Shown: positions 31,320 to 42,640, counted from the first letter of the stretch. The stretch: DNA of 53,011 nucleotides from Runella sp. (GCA_027486105.1 JAIXPV010000270.1:1-53011), one strand, 5' to 3'. The notes: generated from the sequence alone by a model not told the origin. A program made the numbers and translations.

Positions 31320-32118
31320 AAATAATTCTAATATTGTTGCTGAAATTAATAGAGAAAATAGAAAACCTTGAATCGGTGTACTTCAAAGAGCAGGGCTTTC
31401 TCATAAAAATGACAGAGTGCTCGTAACCCCCAAATAACTCTAGTCCTTTTAGGATTTATGATAGCCCAAACTTAGTTTTTGTAACTCATCTAGCTATTTT
31501 AATGACAAACAAGCAAGTTATGCCTAATATTAAAACATTGATTTACAGCAATTTAATTTTTATAAAAAAAACTGTATTTAACAGTTAGTTACGGTCGATC
31601 GGACATTACGAACGATATACCGATGGTGATTTTTCAAAGTGCTAAGGATTTTTTGTAAATATATAGAATTACAGTTATCAAGAGGCTTGATACTTACTTT
31701 ACCTATTTTTCGATGTAGCTTGATTCTTGACATACTTGCAGCGGTAAATAGCCTTAAAATGCTGTATATAATGGGTAATAATAAGCTTAAAGACTCAAAT
31801 TCATCCATTTGTATAATATTGATTTTAAGCATTTTAGCTTAAAATATAAGGCTGGATACAAAAAAGTATTAACATTATCCAGTAAGCTACTGGAGATTAG
31901 GAATTAACTTTATTTTACTGATTATCAGTTGATTGATTTTTAGGGTCATGACCGCTTGATAATTTTTCGTTATACCAAGTAAAAAATGAATTTATCATAG
32001 TAGAATCAGTGCTGTTAGCATCGTTCATTCGATATTTTTTGTCTTAAAAGCCACTTTTTACCTACTTGAGGTAACCCCTTTTTATTCCTGCGACATTTCG
32101 GGCTATGGTCTAAAGATT

Positions 32119-32294
32119 TTGTATATACAATTGTATGTACAAATGTATATACACCCACTTTTTAACAGAGTATATACTTCACTAAAAACAAAAAACCTAT
32201 GTTACAGGCATGTAACATAGGTTTTTAAGAAAAATAACATATATCTCGACCTTTTTATTAATACCGGGACTTGTACATACAATTGTGCAGACAA
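32119..32294. repeat. Composite site A: 12-bp TGT-N4-ACA units, 36-bp palindrome, 12-bp units
   Basis: Units at 32119, 32131, 32143; palindrome AAAAACCTATGTTACA-ggca-TGTAACATAGGTTTTT at 32191-32226; units at 32271 and 32283. Confidence 0.75.
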
Positions 32295-32906
32295 TCAGGC
32301 TGCCAACAGGGCTTCTTCTGGTTTTGAAGGAGAATATTGGATGATTTTGGGTCTCATCTTCATGATTGAGGTCCATCGCCAGAAGACAAAGGCTGCCAAT
32401 GCCAAAGCCAGCCCCAATAACCACAGTCCATTTTGTTTTAAAAAACTCATTACCTCTTGGCGGGTGATGGGTTCTTCAACGGTTTCGGGCATTACCTGCG
32501 CCTGTAATACAGTGGGAGAGAAGGAAACCGTTGGTTCTTCTGTCTCCGAAAATGCTTCTGCGATTTCTATCGAAGCACTCTTGGCCAGCAACTCGATCAG
32601 ATCGGACTTGCAGGTGATTTTCTTACCCTCAATGGTATGCCCCCTGATATTGTTGAAAAGCGCGGTAAAGGCTTCATTCTTCTCGTAGGCTTCCAGCCGG
32701 TAACGGAGCTCTTTTAATTGACCTTCTAGCTCCTGAATTCTTTCTTTATCCAAAGCAGCGGCCTGCACCTGGCCCGTCAAATCCTTAAAGCTTACAATGG
32801 CTTTTCGGATAAACTCACTTTCCTTGAGGTCTAACTCCTGCGCAAACTCTTTGAGCAGAACTTTGGTGGGTTCATCCACGCGAAAGTTGATTGTTTGATT
32901 TTTCAT
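32295..32906 (-). CDS. Hypothetical protein: N-terminal RHH-like domain, coiled coil, C-terminal transmembrane helix
   Basis: MKNQTINFRVDE...SEFIRKAI; DKERIQELEGQLKELRYRLEAYE; LWLLGLALALAAFVFW. ATG 32906 preferred because a TATCTTTG box lies at 32947-32940. Confidence 0.72.
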   Translation of the reverse strand: MKNQTINFRVDEPTKVLLKEFAQELDLKESEFIRKAIVSFKDLTGQVQAAALDKERIQELEGQLKELRYRLEAYEKNEAFTALFNNIRGHTIEGKKITCKSDLIELLAKSASIEIAEAFSETEEPTVSFSPTVLQAQVMPETVEEPITRQEVMSFLKQNGLWLLGLALALAAFVFWRWTSIMKMRPKIIQYSPSKPEEALLAA

Positions 32907-33209
32907 GGTTGTTTTCGTAAACTGTAAATATCTTTTAAGCAAAGATATTCTTATTTTAATGAATTAAAACGAAGGAATCGGATTAAACCATGTATGCCTC
33001 TTAAAAAAGGTTTCCCGTTAGTTGTGGCGGTAATGGGCTGCGATTTTGTGCCGCCAGGATATTAGTGATCTAAAGGCAACGATGCATACAGACAGATGAC
33101 TGTCTGTATGATGATTATGAGAGCAGAAAAGTGAAGGCTGACTTTACGACTGGTGTTTTAGGTGATTTTATCTGACGAAGTTTATCCTTTAAGACCCAAG
33201 ATTGTGAAG

Positions 33210-33385
33210 CTGTAGGGACAAATGTGTAGACAGTTTTCAGATCAGCTGAAATGGCAGAGAATACACTGTGTTGGTTTAAAAACCGATGTTACAGGTCTGT
33301 AACATCGGTTTTTAATATATAAGGCAAAATAATGCCCATGAATATAGGTGTCAATTTTTCGTGTATGTACAATTTGTAAGTACAA
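33210..33385. repeat. Composite site B: 12-bp units, 40-bp palindrome, 12-bp units
   Basis: Units at 33210 and 33222; palindrome TTAAAAACCGATGTTACAG-gt-CTGTAACATCGGTTTTTAA at 33276-33315; units at 33361 and 33374. Confidence 0.75.
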
Positions 33386-33671
33386 AAAAACGACCGAATG
33401 CTGGAGATTGCAAAACCCCACAAAACAGCCATAAAAAACCCAAAATTTACCTCGATATACTGCCAATTTTCGCCGAAAAAAGTGATGTTGGATTTGGTGA
33501 TGACTCACCCACTCGGCGTCCATCTAAAAGCTGTATATTCTATAAGAAAAAGCAAACATTGGCCCAGATGATGACCAAGTTCCTTTCCTTAACCGTTGGA
33601 TAACTTTTTTAAAAAAAAGGTAAAACACGGCACAAAAAGACATACATTTCGTTTTTGAACCCACACGATTT

Positions 33672-36134
33672 TTGATGATGTCTTTCCGAGTTCTCTTTTT
33701 CACCCTTCTCGTTTCCTTTTACACGGCCGCCCAAAGAACCCTTCCCTCTCCCGTCATCCTTGTTCACGGATGGACCGGTAGCGCCGAAACCTGGAATGAA
33801 TTTACTGACTATCTACAAAACCGTGCGTTCCTGACCGTCGAACGCAATTCTCTGAGGTATAATCTGGATTGTGATTATAACCGTAAAACTTCCTATCTCT
33901 ACACGGACGTCTGTGATTACACCGGGCCGCTCGGCAACAAAGACGTTTATGTGGTCAATTTCAACGTCGGCAGCAGCATGAGCAGTCAGTCCGCCGCCGT
34001 CAAACAGGGGTATGCCCTTGGAGCAGCCATCCGACGGGTGTTGCAAGCGACTGGGGCGGATAAAGTGATGCTGTTGGGGCACAGCATGGGGGGACTGGCC
34101 ATTCGGGAGTATCTGCAAAACCCCTCCAACTGGCCCGCCGACGGACGGCACCATATCGCCAAACTGGCCACCATCGGAACCCCACATCAAGGAAGTAATT
34201 TTACGGGCTGGAACATCGGTGCATTGGCCGGTTTTGACGAAAACTCCGAAGCGGTTCGGGATCTGAGAGAATCGTACCTGTTTTCCAACTGTACAAGAGG
34301 GGGGCAGGCCATTGCCTGTCCGGGAGTATATCTTTGGGGAGGACAGGAATCGGCGGCATGGATGAAGACCAACGCTTTTGGAGGCAGTAATTTTTACAAT
34401 CTGGACGTAAACTGTAACGGATACGCCGGGGATAATATCACCGGGCTCAATCAAAAACCGATTCATACCGACCTAGATTTTGCTTGTGTGATCGGTGGTC
34501 CCGCCAATACGGACGGGGTTGTTTCCGCAAAAAGCCAAAACCTGAATGCCCTGTACGCCGTCGGGGCGGAATTATTTTATTATTCCTGTAACGGTGATCC
34601 CCTATGTCATACCAATGAACCTAAAAAAGCGCTAATCCAGATGATTCAGGCGCTGGATGAGCCCAAAAAGAATCTGACGGAGATTTCTTTGGGAGGGGTG
34701 CATAAAGGTTTTTTTACTGGCCAGCCCGACGGAAGCGTTACCGACCGGGACAGTTATCGGTTATATGTGCCGCAACGGGGTGTTCTGTCATTCATCGCTT
34801 CCGCTTCCCAAGCTGCTTACGGCCAGATCAGCGTCACCGATCCCTTCGGTGCTCTCGTGACCAGAGAAACAATCGATGCTCAGGGACAACGATTTGTGTC
34901 TGTGAATGCCGCTGGGTATTACACTGTTTCCGTGGAAGGCAACTCTTTGGGCACTTGGACAACTTATGAAGTATCCCTCGGTTTCTGCGCTTTGCCTACG
35001 CTGCCGCTGATCACGGCCGCCGGGGCAACGGAGTTCTGTGATGGACAATCGGTGACTCTTTCTACCGCTGCGGGCTATGATGCCTATGAATGGACCAAAG
35101 ACGGGGTGCGGGTGACGGGAACTTCCCCTCAACTCTCGGTACATCAGTCGGGAACCTTCAGCGTACAGGGAGTCAAATGCGGTACTGTCTCCAAGTCCCT
35201 CAATACGGTGACAGTCATTGTCAGGCCTGGGCCGCTAAAACCAGTCATTCAAAAAACCGACTTTCCAGATCGGTTCCTGCTGACCTCCAACAGCCCGGAG
35301 AACAATCAATGGTTGTATGAGGGCGCACCGATCAGCGGCGCAACGGCGGCTATCCATGAGCCGCAGGCCTTGGGCACTTATACGGTCACTGTTACCAAAA
35401 ACGGCTGCTCCACTTCCTCCGAGGCCATCCGGGTCACCATGGAGCCGCCCGTGTTAACGGCAATGGGCGCCAATCCGCTCTGCGAAGGCGACAGCCTCCA
35501 ATTGAGCACACCGGGCGGATTTGAGCGCTACATTTTTTCGGACGGCACGAACGAAGCCGTCAGCGATAAAAATCAACGGACGGTCCGGCAGGCTGGCACC
35601 TACCGTGTCGCGGTCAAACGAGGAAAATTCACCAGTCCCTTCTCCGAGCCGTACTCCGTAACGGTTAACCTGCGACCACCCAAGCCGCTGGTGACCCTAG
35701 AAGGGAGTGGACTGAAATCAAGCAGTCCAGTCTACAACCAATGGTACGTCAACGGAGAGATATTGCCAGATTCTACGGGACAGTATCTACGGGGGATCGG
35801 TTCGGGGGCCTACCGGGTACGGGTGACGGTAAACGGCTGTTTTTCGGAATCCGATGTGTTTGTCATGACCGCGCTGCAAACCGGCAGCGATGTTACGGTC
35901 CGCGTTTATCCCAATCCCGGTGACGGCCGTTTTTGGGTCGCGTTCTCGCGCCCGCTTTCCGTTCGGCAACTGATCATTTATGACCTTCGGGGGGAGGAAA
36001 TAGACCGCCAGCTGCCGACGGGTTCTTTCAGTGAAAAAGAATTCATTCAGCTAAAAGCGTCCCCAGGAACCTATCTGTTACGGGTGATAACCGAGACTGG
36101 GGTGTACACAGTCCCCTTTATCATTCTTCCCTGA
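33672..36134 (+). CDS. Secreted alpha/beta-hydrolase (lipase-like) with Ig-like repeats and type A T9SS C-terminal domain
   Basis: Signal peptide, VILVHGW, GHSMGG nucleophile elbow, TIGTPHQG, DGVV, C-terminal VYPNP...GTYLLRV. Visibly GC-richer than its flanks. Confidence 0.9.
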   Translation: MMMSFRVLFFTLLVSFYTAAQRTLPSPVILVHGWTGSAETWNEFTDYLQNRAFLTVERNSLRYNLDCDYNRKTSYLYTDVCDYTGPLGNKDVYVVNFNVGSSMSSQSAAVKQGYALGAAIRRVLQATGADKVMLLGHSMGGLAIREYLQNPSNWPADGRHHIAKLATIGTPHQGSNFTGWNIGALAGFDENSEAVRDLRESYLFSNCTRGGQAIACPGVYLWGGQESAAWMKTNAFGGSNFYNLDVNCNGYAGDNITGLNQKPIHTDLDFACVIGGPANTDGVVSAKSQNLNALYAVGAELFYYSCNGDPLCHTNEPKKALIQMIQALDEPKKNLTEISLGGVHKGFFTGQPDGSVTDRDSYRLYVPQRGVLSFIASASQAAYGQISVTDPFGALVTRETIDAQGQRFVSVNAAGYYTVSVEGNSLGTWTTYEVSLGFCALPTLPLITAAGATEFCDGQSVTLSTAAGYDAYEWTKDGVRVTGTSPQLSVHQSGTFSVQGVKCGTVSKSLNTVTVIVRPGPLKPVIQKTDFPDRFLLTSNSPENNQWLYEGAPISGATAAIHEPQALGTYTVTVTKNGCSTSSEAIRVTMEPPVLTAMGANPLCEGDSLQLSTPGGFERYIFSDGTNEAVSDKNQRTVRQAGTYRVAVKRGKFTSPFSEPYSVTVNLRPPKPLVTLEGSGLKSSSPVYNQWYVNGEILPDSTGQYLRGIGSGAYRVRVTVNGCFSESDVFVMTALQTGSDVTVRVYPNPGDGRFWVAFSRPLSVRQLIIYDLRGEEIDRQLPTGSFSEKEFIQLKASPGTYLLRVITETGVYTVPFIILP

Positions 36135-36336
36135 TGTCTTCGTCAGGGACGTCCTCTGGTGTTGTCCGTATACTGAACCCCAATACGGGGTATTCGTACC
36201 GTGTCTCGGTTTACAATGCCCCTAGGGAATGTTTGCTTTCCTCCGCCCTCTCCGTCAGAAACTATGCCTACTCTGATTTACACTTTTTTGGTTTTGGGCA
36301 GGAGGCCAATTCTCATCATCCTTAACGATAAGCACT

Positions 36337-37074
36337 ATGGCAGCCCAAAAACCAGCTACCTGTATTTCATTTCAACCTACAAAATCTCAACTTGATGAGA
36401 TTGAGAAGTGGCTTCTTGAAGAAGAGAGGTCTTTGAATGAGGGATTTTACTGCAATTGGAGTATAATTCGGAATCTTTATCAGAAAAAGCAAATGGCAAC
36501 TGTCTCATTTGAAAAGTTGACTGTCGGCTTTGTCGTTTGGCTTTATACATCAAAGTTTACAGCACACATTGAAATGGTTGAGATTAACATTAACTACCGA
36601 AACAAAGGATTCGGCCGAAAGCTCATCACTGCGCTGCTGGATAAATTTAAGAAAGATACTATTTATGCAGTTGATTTACAGTGTGCTCCTGCGGAGTCGG
36701 AAAGTGCATGGAAGCATATGGGATTCAGTAACTTCCCCGATGGTTCCGAGCGGTGGAACACAGGCAACAGGAAAATGTATAAAATTTTAGTTCCCTCAGC
36801 AGCCACGGGTAAACACAATGGGTCAAGTGAGGTTATTCAGCTCTGGAATGCAGAACCCATTCTTGCATCTGACAGGGAACCTGAATGGGAATGGAATGTA
36901 CAATTTGAAAAGAATACCCATGTGTTAGTTACCCCGATAATACATCCATGCCTTCATGATTGGAGAATCCGATGGAAAAGACATGATAAAACACTCAAAG
37001 ACAAAAAGGTTAAATATTTTTCCCACTCCACTCTTGTTTTTGATAACTTTCTGATCATTAAAGAGTTAAATTGA
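36337..37074 (+). CDS. GNAT-family N-acetyltransferase
   Basis: YRNKGFGRKL acetyl-CoA-binding motif A and AWKHMGF motif B. Confidence 0.82.
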   Translation: MAAQKPATCISFQPTKSQLDEIEKWLLEEERSLNEGFYCNWSIIRNLYQKKQMATVSFEKLTVGFVVWLYTSKFTAHIEMVEININYRNKGFGRKLITALLDKFKKDTIYAVDLQCAPAESESAWKHMGFSNFPDGSERWNTGNRKMYKILVPSAATGKHNGSSEVIQLWNAEPILASDREPEWEWNVQFEKNTHVLVTPIIHPCLHDWRIRWKRHDKTLKDKKVKYFSHSTLVFDNFLIIKELN

Positions 37075-37894
37075 AGAGAAAATTTATAAGTAAAAGCCTA
37101 TTCAAATGTTATCGCTATTTTGATTCACTCTCCCTAATTGTAAAAAGAAAGTGTATATATTTTTTAATTCGGTGCTGCGCCTGTGAGCGTCCGCTTTAAT
37201 TGGTTTATCAGTACGTCGGTTCTGCAAAACACCCTCTTCAAAACGCAGAAAACGCCTTTTTTCTCCGATGTGCCTACTTTGCCGGTAGGGAGATATGCCC
37301 AATCGCTCACGGATCTTAACGATTGAATCATTAAAATGCCGGCGAAGGCCCCAGCAGAAGGATCTTGCGAGGAGTCCGATATGCCGTTGCCGTTTAACGC
37401 AGGAATATACATCGGTCATGCTCCTAATGTTTGAAAGACAAATGATAATCTGTTCTATGTGAGGTGATTTTTCGGTAAGGATAGGTATTATATGCTGCTA
37501 TCGAAAAAGTAGCGGCTACCGCTGGAAACAGGCCAATACGATCAATAACCATGGTTTCCTGTGGGATACCTGCTTTTTAGTCCAATATTGGTATTTGTAA
37601 AACATGTGCATAATTATCTCATTATCAACAAGTTTATTTATAAACAAAATTCGCTACCCTCAGTAACCGACAGGTAACTTCAATGTTTCTGCTGGTAATT
37701 GTTGGAATCGCGGGGGTTTTCGGAAGTAACTCAGTTACTGAATGGCGTTTTTTTTACAACATTGATACCGTTTTTTTTACCCCAAAAAAGGTATTTTTTA
37801 TGTCGATTATCGGCTTTTTTGCCCTTTTTGAGATGCTTCACCTTCCCTGTCCGTAAATGCCCAAAGAAGAGTACGTGGTTTTGTAAGTATTCCG

Positions 37895-38764
37895 ATGAAA
37901 GTCCGTTGTCGGTGGCCATGTTTCACCGGAATACTCATTTATGTACTCGGCCTGTTTTCAACGCTGATAGAATCCTTTTTACGCCGCGATTTTGGCGAGC
38001 GTTTTTATACGCAAAATAACTTTATCGGCGGCTTGATCGTGATGGCCGCACTGAATGTGCTTCGAATTATTTTTTCGACATTCAGCTTGTCGGGCGGTGC
38101 GAATATGGAAGGCGATCCTTTAATGTGGTCAATCATCAAACTCTATTGCTTGGTCGTTTTTTTCATTTTGCAACGATAGGGGTACAGGATTGTGGAAACA
38201 CAGTTATGATAGCGGCGATAGCTGACTGCTTCCCGTCGGCAGATTCATCATTGGCGTTTCCAATCAGCTTGCAGCCGTGCTTTTAAGCCTCATTGCTGCG
38301 TTCCTGCCAGCGCAATACAAAGAACGATTTTCAGGCGGCGGGCCAATCTTTCGCGATGTACGTAGCTTCACTGAAAATATGTGGAACCTGCCTTAGTGCT
38401 TTTGCTGGCTTACCTTGATTATCGTGGCGGAGAAACCGCCGTATGGGTTTGGCTATTGATTTCATTCACGGCGCTTCAAGTGTCCACCGCCGCACGTCAC
38501 CAAATGGAGCGTGGCCGCCTTCTCGATTTCCGTGATGATTTGCTTGATGCTGCGGCACTGAAAGACCTTGAACTGGATAAGCAAACCAAAGGTGCCGTTC
38601 AAATGCAGCAACGTATTGAGTCGATGGTGAAGGAAGCCGAAAAACGCCCCGAAATTTTGGAGGTTATTCAACTCGAACGACCCAATCATGCATGGGCAAT
38701 ACAGGCAATCCTCGCTGAGCAAAGCAGAAACGCGGCGCAAAACGGCGGAAGTCAATCAATTTAA
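37895..38764 (+). pseudogene. Fragmented membrane-protein gene
   Basis: Two hydrophobic ORF pieces (FLRRDFGERFYT...; EPALVLLLAY...) separated by stops and frameshifts. Confidence 0.5.
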
Positions 38765-38891
38765 AAACCAACTTAACTAATTAAAACAATGAAAAAGGGA
38801 CTGTTTTTTTTGCGGTTCGGCTTTTCCGCCGCTTTAATCATTGTATAATGAAGCTAAAGATGCATCATTTTACAATTATATTTAAAGTGGC

Positions 38892-39240
38892 GATAGAGAC
38901 AACGGGGGCAGGTCCGTTTTAATTGGCTATTTACCAACGGGTTACGGGCGCGTAGTATTGGCTGATTTTTGGTACGGTTTGCGTATGGGGATTAGACATT
39001 TTACCTTTAATATGAATAGGAAGAAACAATATTTTAAAATAAATGCATAAAAACAGATCACACGTTTTTTTCTCAAAAACCCTTAAAACGAGGATAGAGA
39101 CAGCAGGGGTCGGGCCATTATAATAGGCTATATGTCAGCGTGTTACTGGGGGTATCATACTGTCTATTTTCTGGTAAGGCTTGCATATGGGTAACAAGGG
39201 TTTTACTTTTGATAGAGTAGAAAAAACAATATTCTTAAAA
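38892..39240. repeat. Degenerate tandem duplication, about 148-bp units with a 201-bp period
   Basis: Units begin GATAGAGACA at 38892 and 39093 and share GGCTAT, GTTAC, TGGTA.GG.TTGC.TATGGG, TTTAC.TTT and AAACAATATT. Confidence 0.65.
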
Positions 39241-39842
39241 AGACCAACTGTCTGACGTAATGCTTTAGATCGCTATTATTTTGCATCAAATCACCTATAA
39301 CTATTCTCGTAAAAGCTATAATGGTGATTTTTGGCAAATACCTTTCCTTTTGAGAGAGAAAACATTCCGTTATACTTGGCATCAGATTAAAATTTCAGCA
39401 TCCGTTAGTTTACTCTATCATAGTTTAGCATGGATTGGCATGGTTTAGCGAGTTATAGCATAAAAACGGATTACACAGTTTAATACATGAAAAAAGTGTC
39501 CGAAATTTGATAATTGTAATATCAATGATTACAAAAAAGAAGGGTGTCCAAGTACCAATAGCGAGTTGGATTAAATTTATTTGAAGAAGCAGCAATTTGA
39601 AAATGACAATCGAACGAATTTAGACAAAACTTCCTTGGTTTGAAAAATTAGCTCCCATACCTTTACGAAATGCGGAAAATTTCAGGAAGTGTAATATGAG
39701 ATTTTCAGTAAAATATAGTAGATATTATATATCAGGAAAAGTTATAGACCTTTGCCTGACAAAGAAAAAAGGACCCTGGTTGCAGCCAAAGTCCTTTAGT
39801 TAGTCCGATTGCAGTAAGAGTACCTAGTTGATTACCGCAGTA

Positions 39843-40016
39843 ATGCAAAAAACAAAAAAACAGAGATTTGAGGCATCCGTTGAGTTGTCCTACTCGCAGC
39901 AGCTTGTCGTTAATGGTATGCGTCTGACGACCGCAATTATCAATTTACTACGTTTTCTTTGGGAACCTTTCCGATTATTCGTAACAGATCGCCCAATTGG
40001 AGAAATAGTTTTTTGA
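39843..40016 (+). CDS. Small ORF (57 aa), possible type I toxin or regulatory peptide
   Basis: ATG at 39843, amphipathic segment AIINLLRFLWEPFRLF, structured leader and downstream terminator. Confidence 0.3.
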   Translation: MQKTKKQRFEASVELSYSQQLVVNGMRLTTAIINLLRFLWEPFRLFVTDRPIGEIVF

Positions 40017-40043
40017 TAACTACATTTTTTAATGCTTATACCT

Positions 40044-40075
40044 GCCCCGTGTTTTCCCAAAACATGGGGCTTTTT
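40044..40075 (+). terminator. Intrinsic terminator
   Basis: GCCCCGTGTTTT-ccc-AAAACATGGGGC hairpin followed by TTTTT. Confidence 0.7.
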
Positions 40076-40174
40076 GCAACAAACTACATTGTACTGCTTA
40101 TAAAGAGGTACACTAGTTTACAATACAAACTTACAAGAAAAAATATTAACCTAATACTTTGATTTTAGTTTAAG

Positions 40175-40863
40175 TTATAAGAGCATGTTTAAAAATATAA
40201 TTTTTAAACATGCTCTTAACATTAAATTACTCTGATAATAAGCATTTTTAATGCGCTGCACGGTATCGAGTGACAAGTCATATATCTTGGCCACTTTGCG
40301 AATACTGATACCCTGCTGTAAATCCTTCAATGGCTTGGAGTATTTGGCTCTTAAATCATCATCGGAATACAATCGCCCAAACGTCTTACCCTCCGGCCTG
40401 GCTTCATCCATACCGCTAACATTACGGTCAATCATAGTTTCCCGCTCATGACATGCCACTTCAGCCGTAACGGAAAAAATCATAGATACGGCAGAAGTCA
40501 GCTTGCCATTCGGTAGCAGCGTCTCGGCGCTGTACTGGTGGATATAGATAGATATTTTCTTTTCGGTCAGATACACTAAAATTTGAAGGGTCTGCGACGG
40601 GCGACGGCCTAAACGTGATACTTCCGTTATAAGAACCTTTTGAATCTGCCTTGTCTCGCATAACTGTAGAAGCTGCTCGATGCCTTCCCGATCATCATTG
40701 CCTTTGGTGCCTGTGATTTTTCAGTGATGACTTTAACAAACCTCCAATCCCGCTTTCCAACAATAGCGGTAAGGTCAGTAATTTGCCGTTAGTACTCCTG
40801 AGATCGCTTTGATACACGGGTAAAAAGATGGAATTCACGGGGGAGGGCAAGGGGGCGTTCATA
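40175..40863 (-). pseudogene. Degraded serine recombinase
   Basis: Minus strand reads FTRVSKRSQEY*RQITDL..., then after frameshifts AEVACHERETMIDRNVSGM...GKTFGR and an HTH (SIRKVAKIYDLSLDTVQRIK). Confidence 0.78.
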
Positions 40864-40877
40864 GGAACAAAAATAAC

Positions 40878-40919
40878 AAACTGTACCGAAATAAGCTAGG
40901 GTTTACATCGGTACAGTTT
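40878..40919. promoter_or_regulatory. Inverted repeat, putative res site/operator
   Basis: AAACTGTACCGA-N18-TCGGTACAGTTT immediately upstream of the recombinase pseudogene. Confidence 0.5.
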
Positions 40920-41039
40920 CACTATGCCCTAAATCAAGTAGTTATGTCTGTCAAAATAAGGATTTGGTGAAATGAAATACAAGTAGGGTGGTATCTGTGT
41001 GAATCAAAGTCTGGCTTGACACAAATGAATAATGTTGAT

Positions 41040-42326
41040 TCAGTCATTAAGAAATGAATCTCCGTTAATCGGCATTTGGGCCATTGGGGAACTCCATTGT
41101 TGTGCGCCGCTTTTGGCATCCAGTACGATCCCTCCCTGTCCTGTGTCCAAATAAATATGATCACCAATGGATTTTACCCCGCCCAAAGCGCCGTCAGGGA
41201 GATCGCGTTGCCACAATTCCAGGCCCGTTTTTTGGCTGATGCCTTTTAACTTATTATTTTGTCGAAGTATAATAATTTCCTCATTTCCACCCAAAAAGCC
41301 CAAAGTGGTAGGACCAATGTTTGTTAAAGTCCACTTATGAATTCCCGTAATCATGTCTATTGAACTCAATTTTTCATTTGCCTCAGCCCCGAACTGTGTC
41401 GTTAGAACGAATATATTGGGACCTAAACGAAGGGTAGCACGGTTTATAATGAGCGGGCCATCACTTAAACCAACTTTATACTCCCATTTCAGGGCACCAG
41501 TTACGGCATCAATTCCTATCAATGCCTCCCTGCTTACATCTGTCCCTACGGATACCAATACACATACCGCTTTCTCTTCTTTATCAAACCAAAACCATCT
41601 TGAGCGTAATGGTTTGATATACAATGGCGGTTTAGCGGTCCATTTACGCTGACCGGTTTTAATATCATACGCATAGACCATGGACTCCTCATTGGGAACA
41701 ACGATATACAATGATTGGTCGGTCATTTCAATAAATTGATAATCACCTTTATTTTGAAGCGGCCAGCCCCATTGCTTACTCACCGGAGCTAGGAGAAAGG
41801 CCCCTTCAGGGGTATAAATATAATTATCATCCATGCGCAAAATTCCTGAAAAAGGGACATTCTCCAGCAGCATATCAATTTTGCCACTTTGAATATCGAC
41901 CAGATAAATAAGGTACCCGTTGCCCACTGCTTCAACCAACACCTTCGTTGCATTGACAAAAATTTTACGGGCAATCAATCCTTCCTTTACGGAAAGCTTC
42001 CATTTTTGAGTACCATCAGTGGCATCAATAGCCACGACTTCCGTCTTTATCGGCCGGGAGTATATTACATTGTTTTTTAAAATGTTTATTGAATTACCAA
42101 TATCATCAATGGTTACTTTTCCAACATACTCCCGATAATTCCACCCTAAGTTACCGGTTGCAGCATCCAGAGATTTCAATACGCCATCCCGGGACCATAA
42201 AAAAAAGTAAGACTCGGTTTTGGGGTCAGCCGTGACGGCTTCGCGTGATTTACAGCTTATCAGGAAGGCAAAAAAAATAAAATAGGAAGATTTTATGAAC
42301 CAGGAACTGGCGGAATGAAATACCAT
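41040..42326 (-). CDS. PQQ-like beta-propeller lipoprotein
   Basis: Lipobox FLISC and repeated A.D..TG...W blades. Confidence 0.85.
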   Translation of the reverse strand: MVFHSASSWFIKSSYFIFFAFLISCKSREAVTADPKTESYFFLWSRDGVLKSLDAATGNLGWNYREYVGKVTIDDIGNSINILKNNVIYSRPIKTEVVAIDATDGTQKWKLSVKEGLIARKIFVNATKVLVEAVGNGYLIYLVDIQSGKIDMLLENVPFSGILRMDDNYIYTPEGAFLLAPVSKQWGWPLQNKGDYQFIEMTDQSLYIVVPNEESMVYAYDIKTGQRKWTAKPPLYIKPLRSRWFWFDKEEKAVCVLVSVGTDVSREALIGIDAVTGALKWEYKVGLSDGPLIINRATLRLGPNIFVLTTQFGAEANEKLSSIDMITGIHKWTLTNIGPTTLGFLGGNEEIIILRQNNKLKGISQKTGLELWQRDLPDGALGGVKSIGDHIYLDTGQGGIVLDAKSGAQQWSSPMAQMPINGDSFLND

Positions 42327-42640
42327 AATACAATTTGTACTTTTGTTTTTTTATGATGAATAAAAGTAGAAAAAAGAGTTTTTCTAAGCCTGCGTTATCA
42401 AAAAATCATCAAACGGAAAGCCCTGTTTTTCTGAAAACCCAGTGGACAAAGCAATTTCTATATGGGAGATCCGAATAACAAACGCATTATAGGAAAAGGA
42501 GAAAAGTTTTTCAGAGAAAGAATGCATAGAGCCTTCTCCGGGAAAAGAGTTTCGCATTTTTTCTTCGATTTGCCTCCGGGTTTGCAGTAGAAAAAAGTCT
42601 GTTTCAGCATTCATCTTTATAAGAAAACCAAGAATCACCT

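Noticed and set aside
31578-31842. Overlapping small ORFs in an AT-rich intergenic region
   Set aside because: Low-complexity translations with no motifs; cannot be supported.
37102-37870. Small ORFs and phased T-tracts as a mobilisation region/oriT
   Set aside because: No relaxase motif or recognisable nic site; the evidence is too weak.
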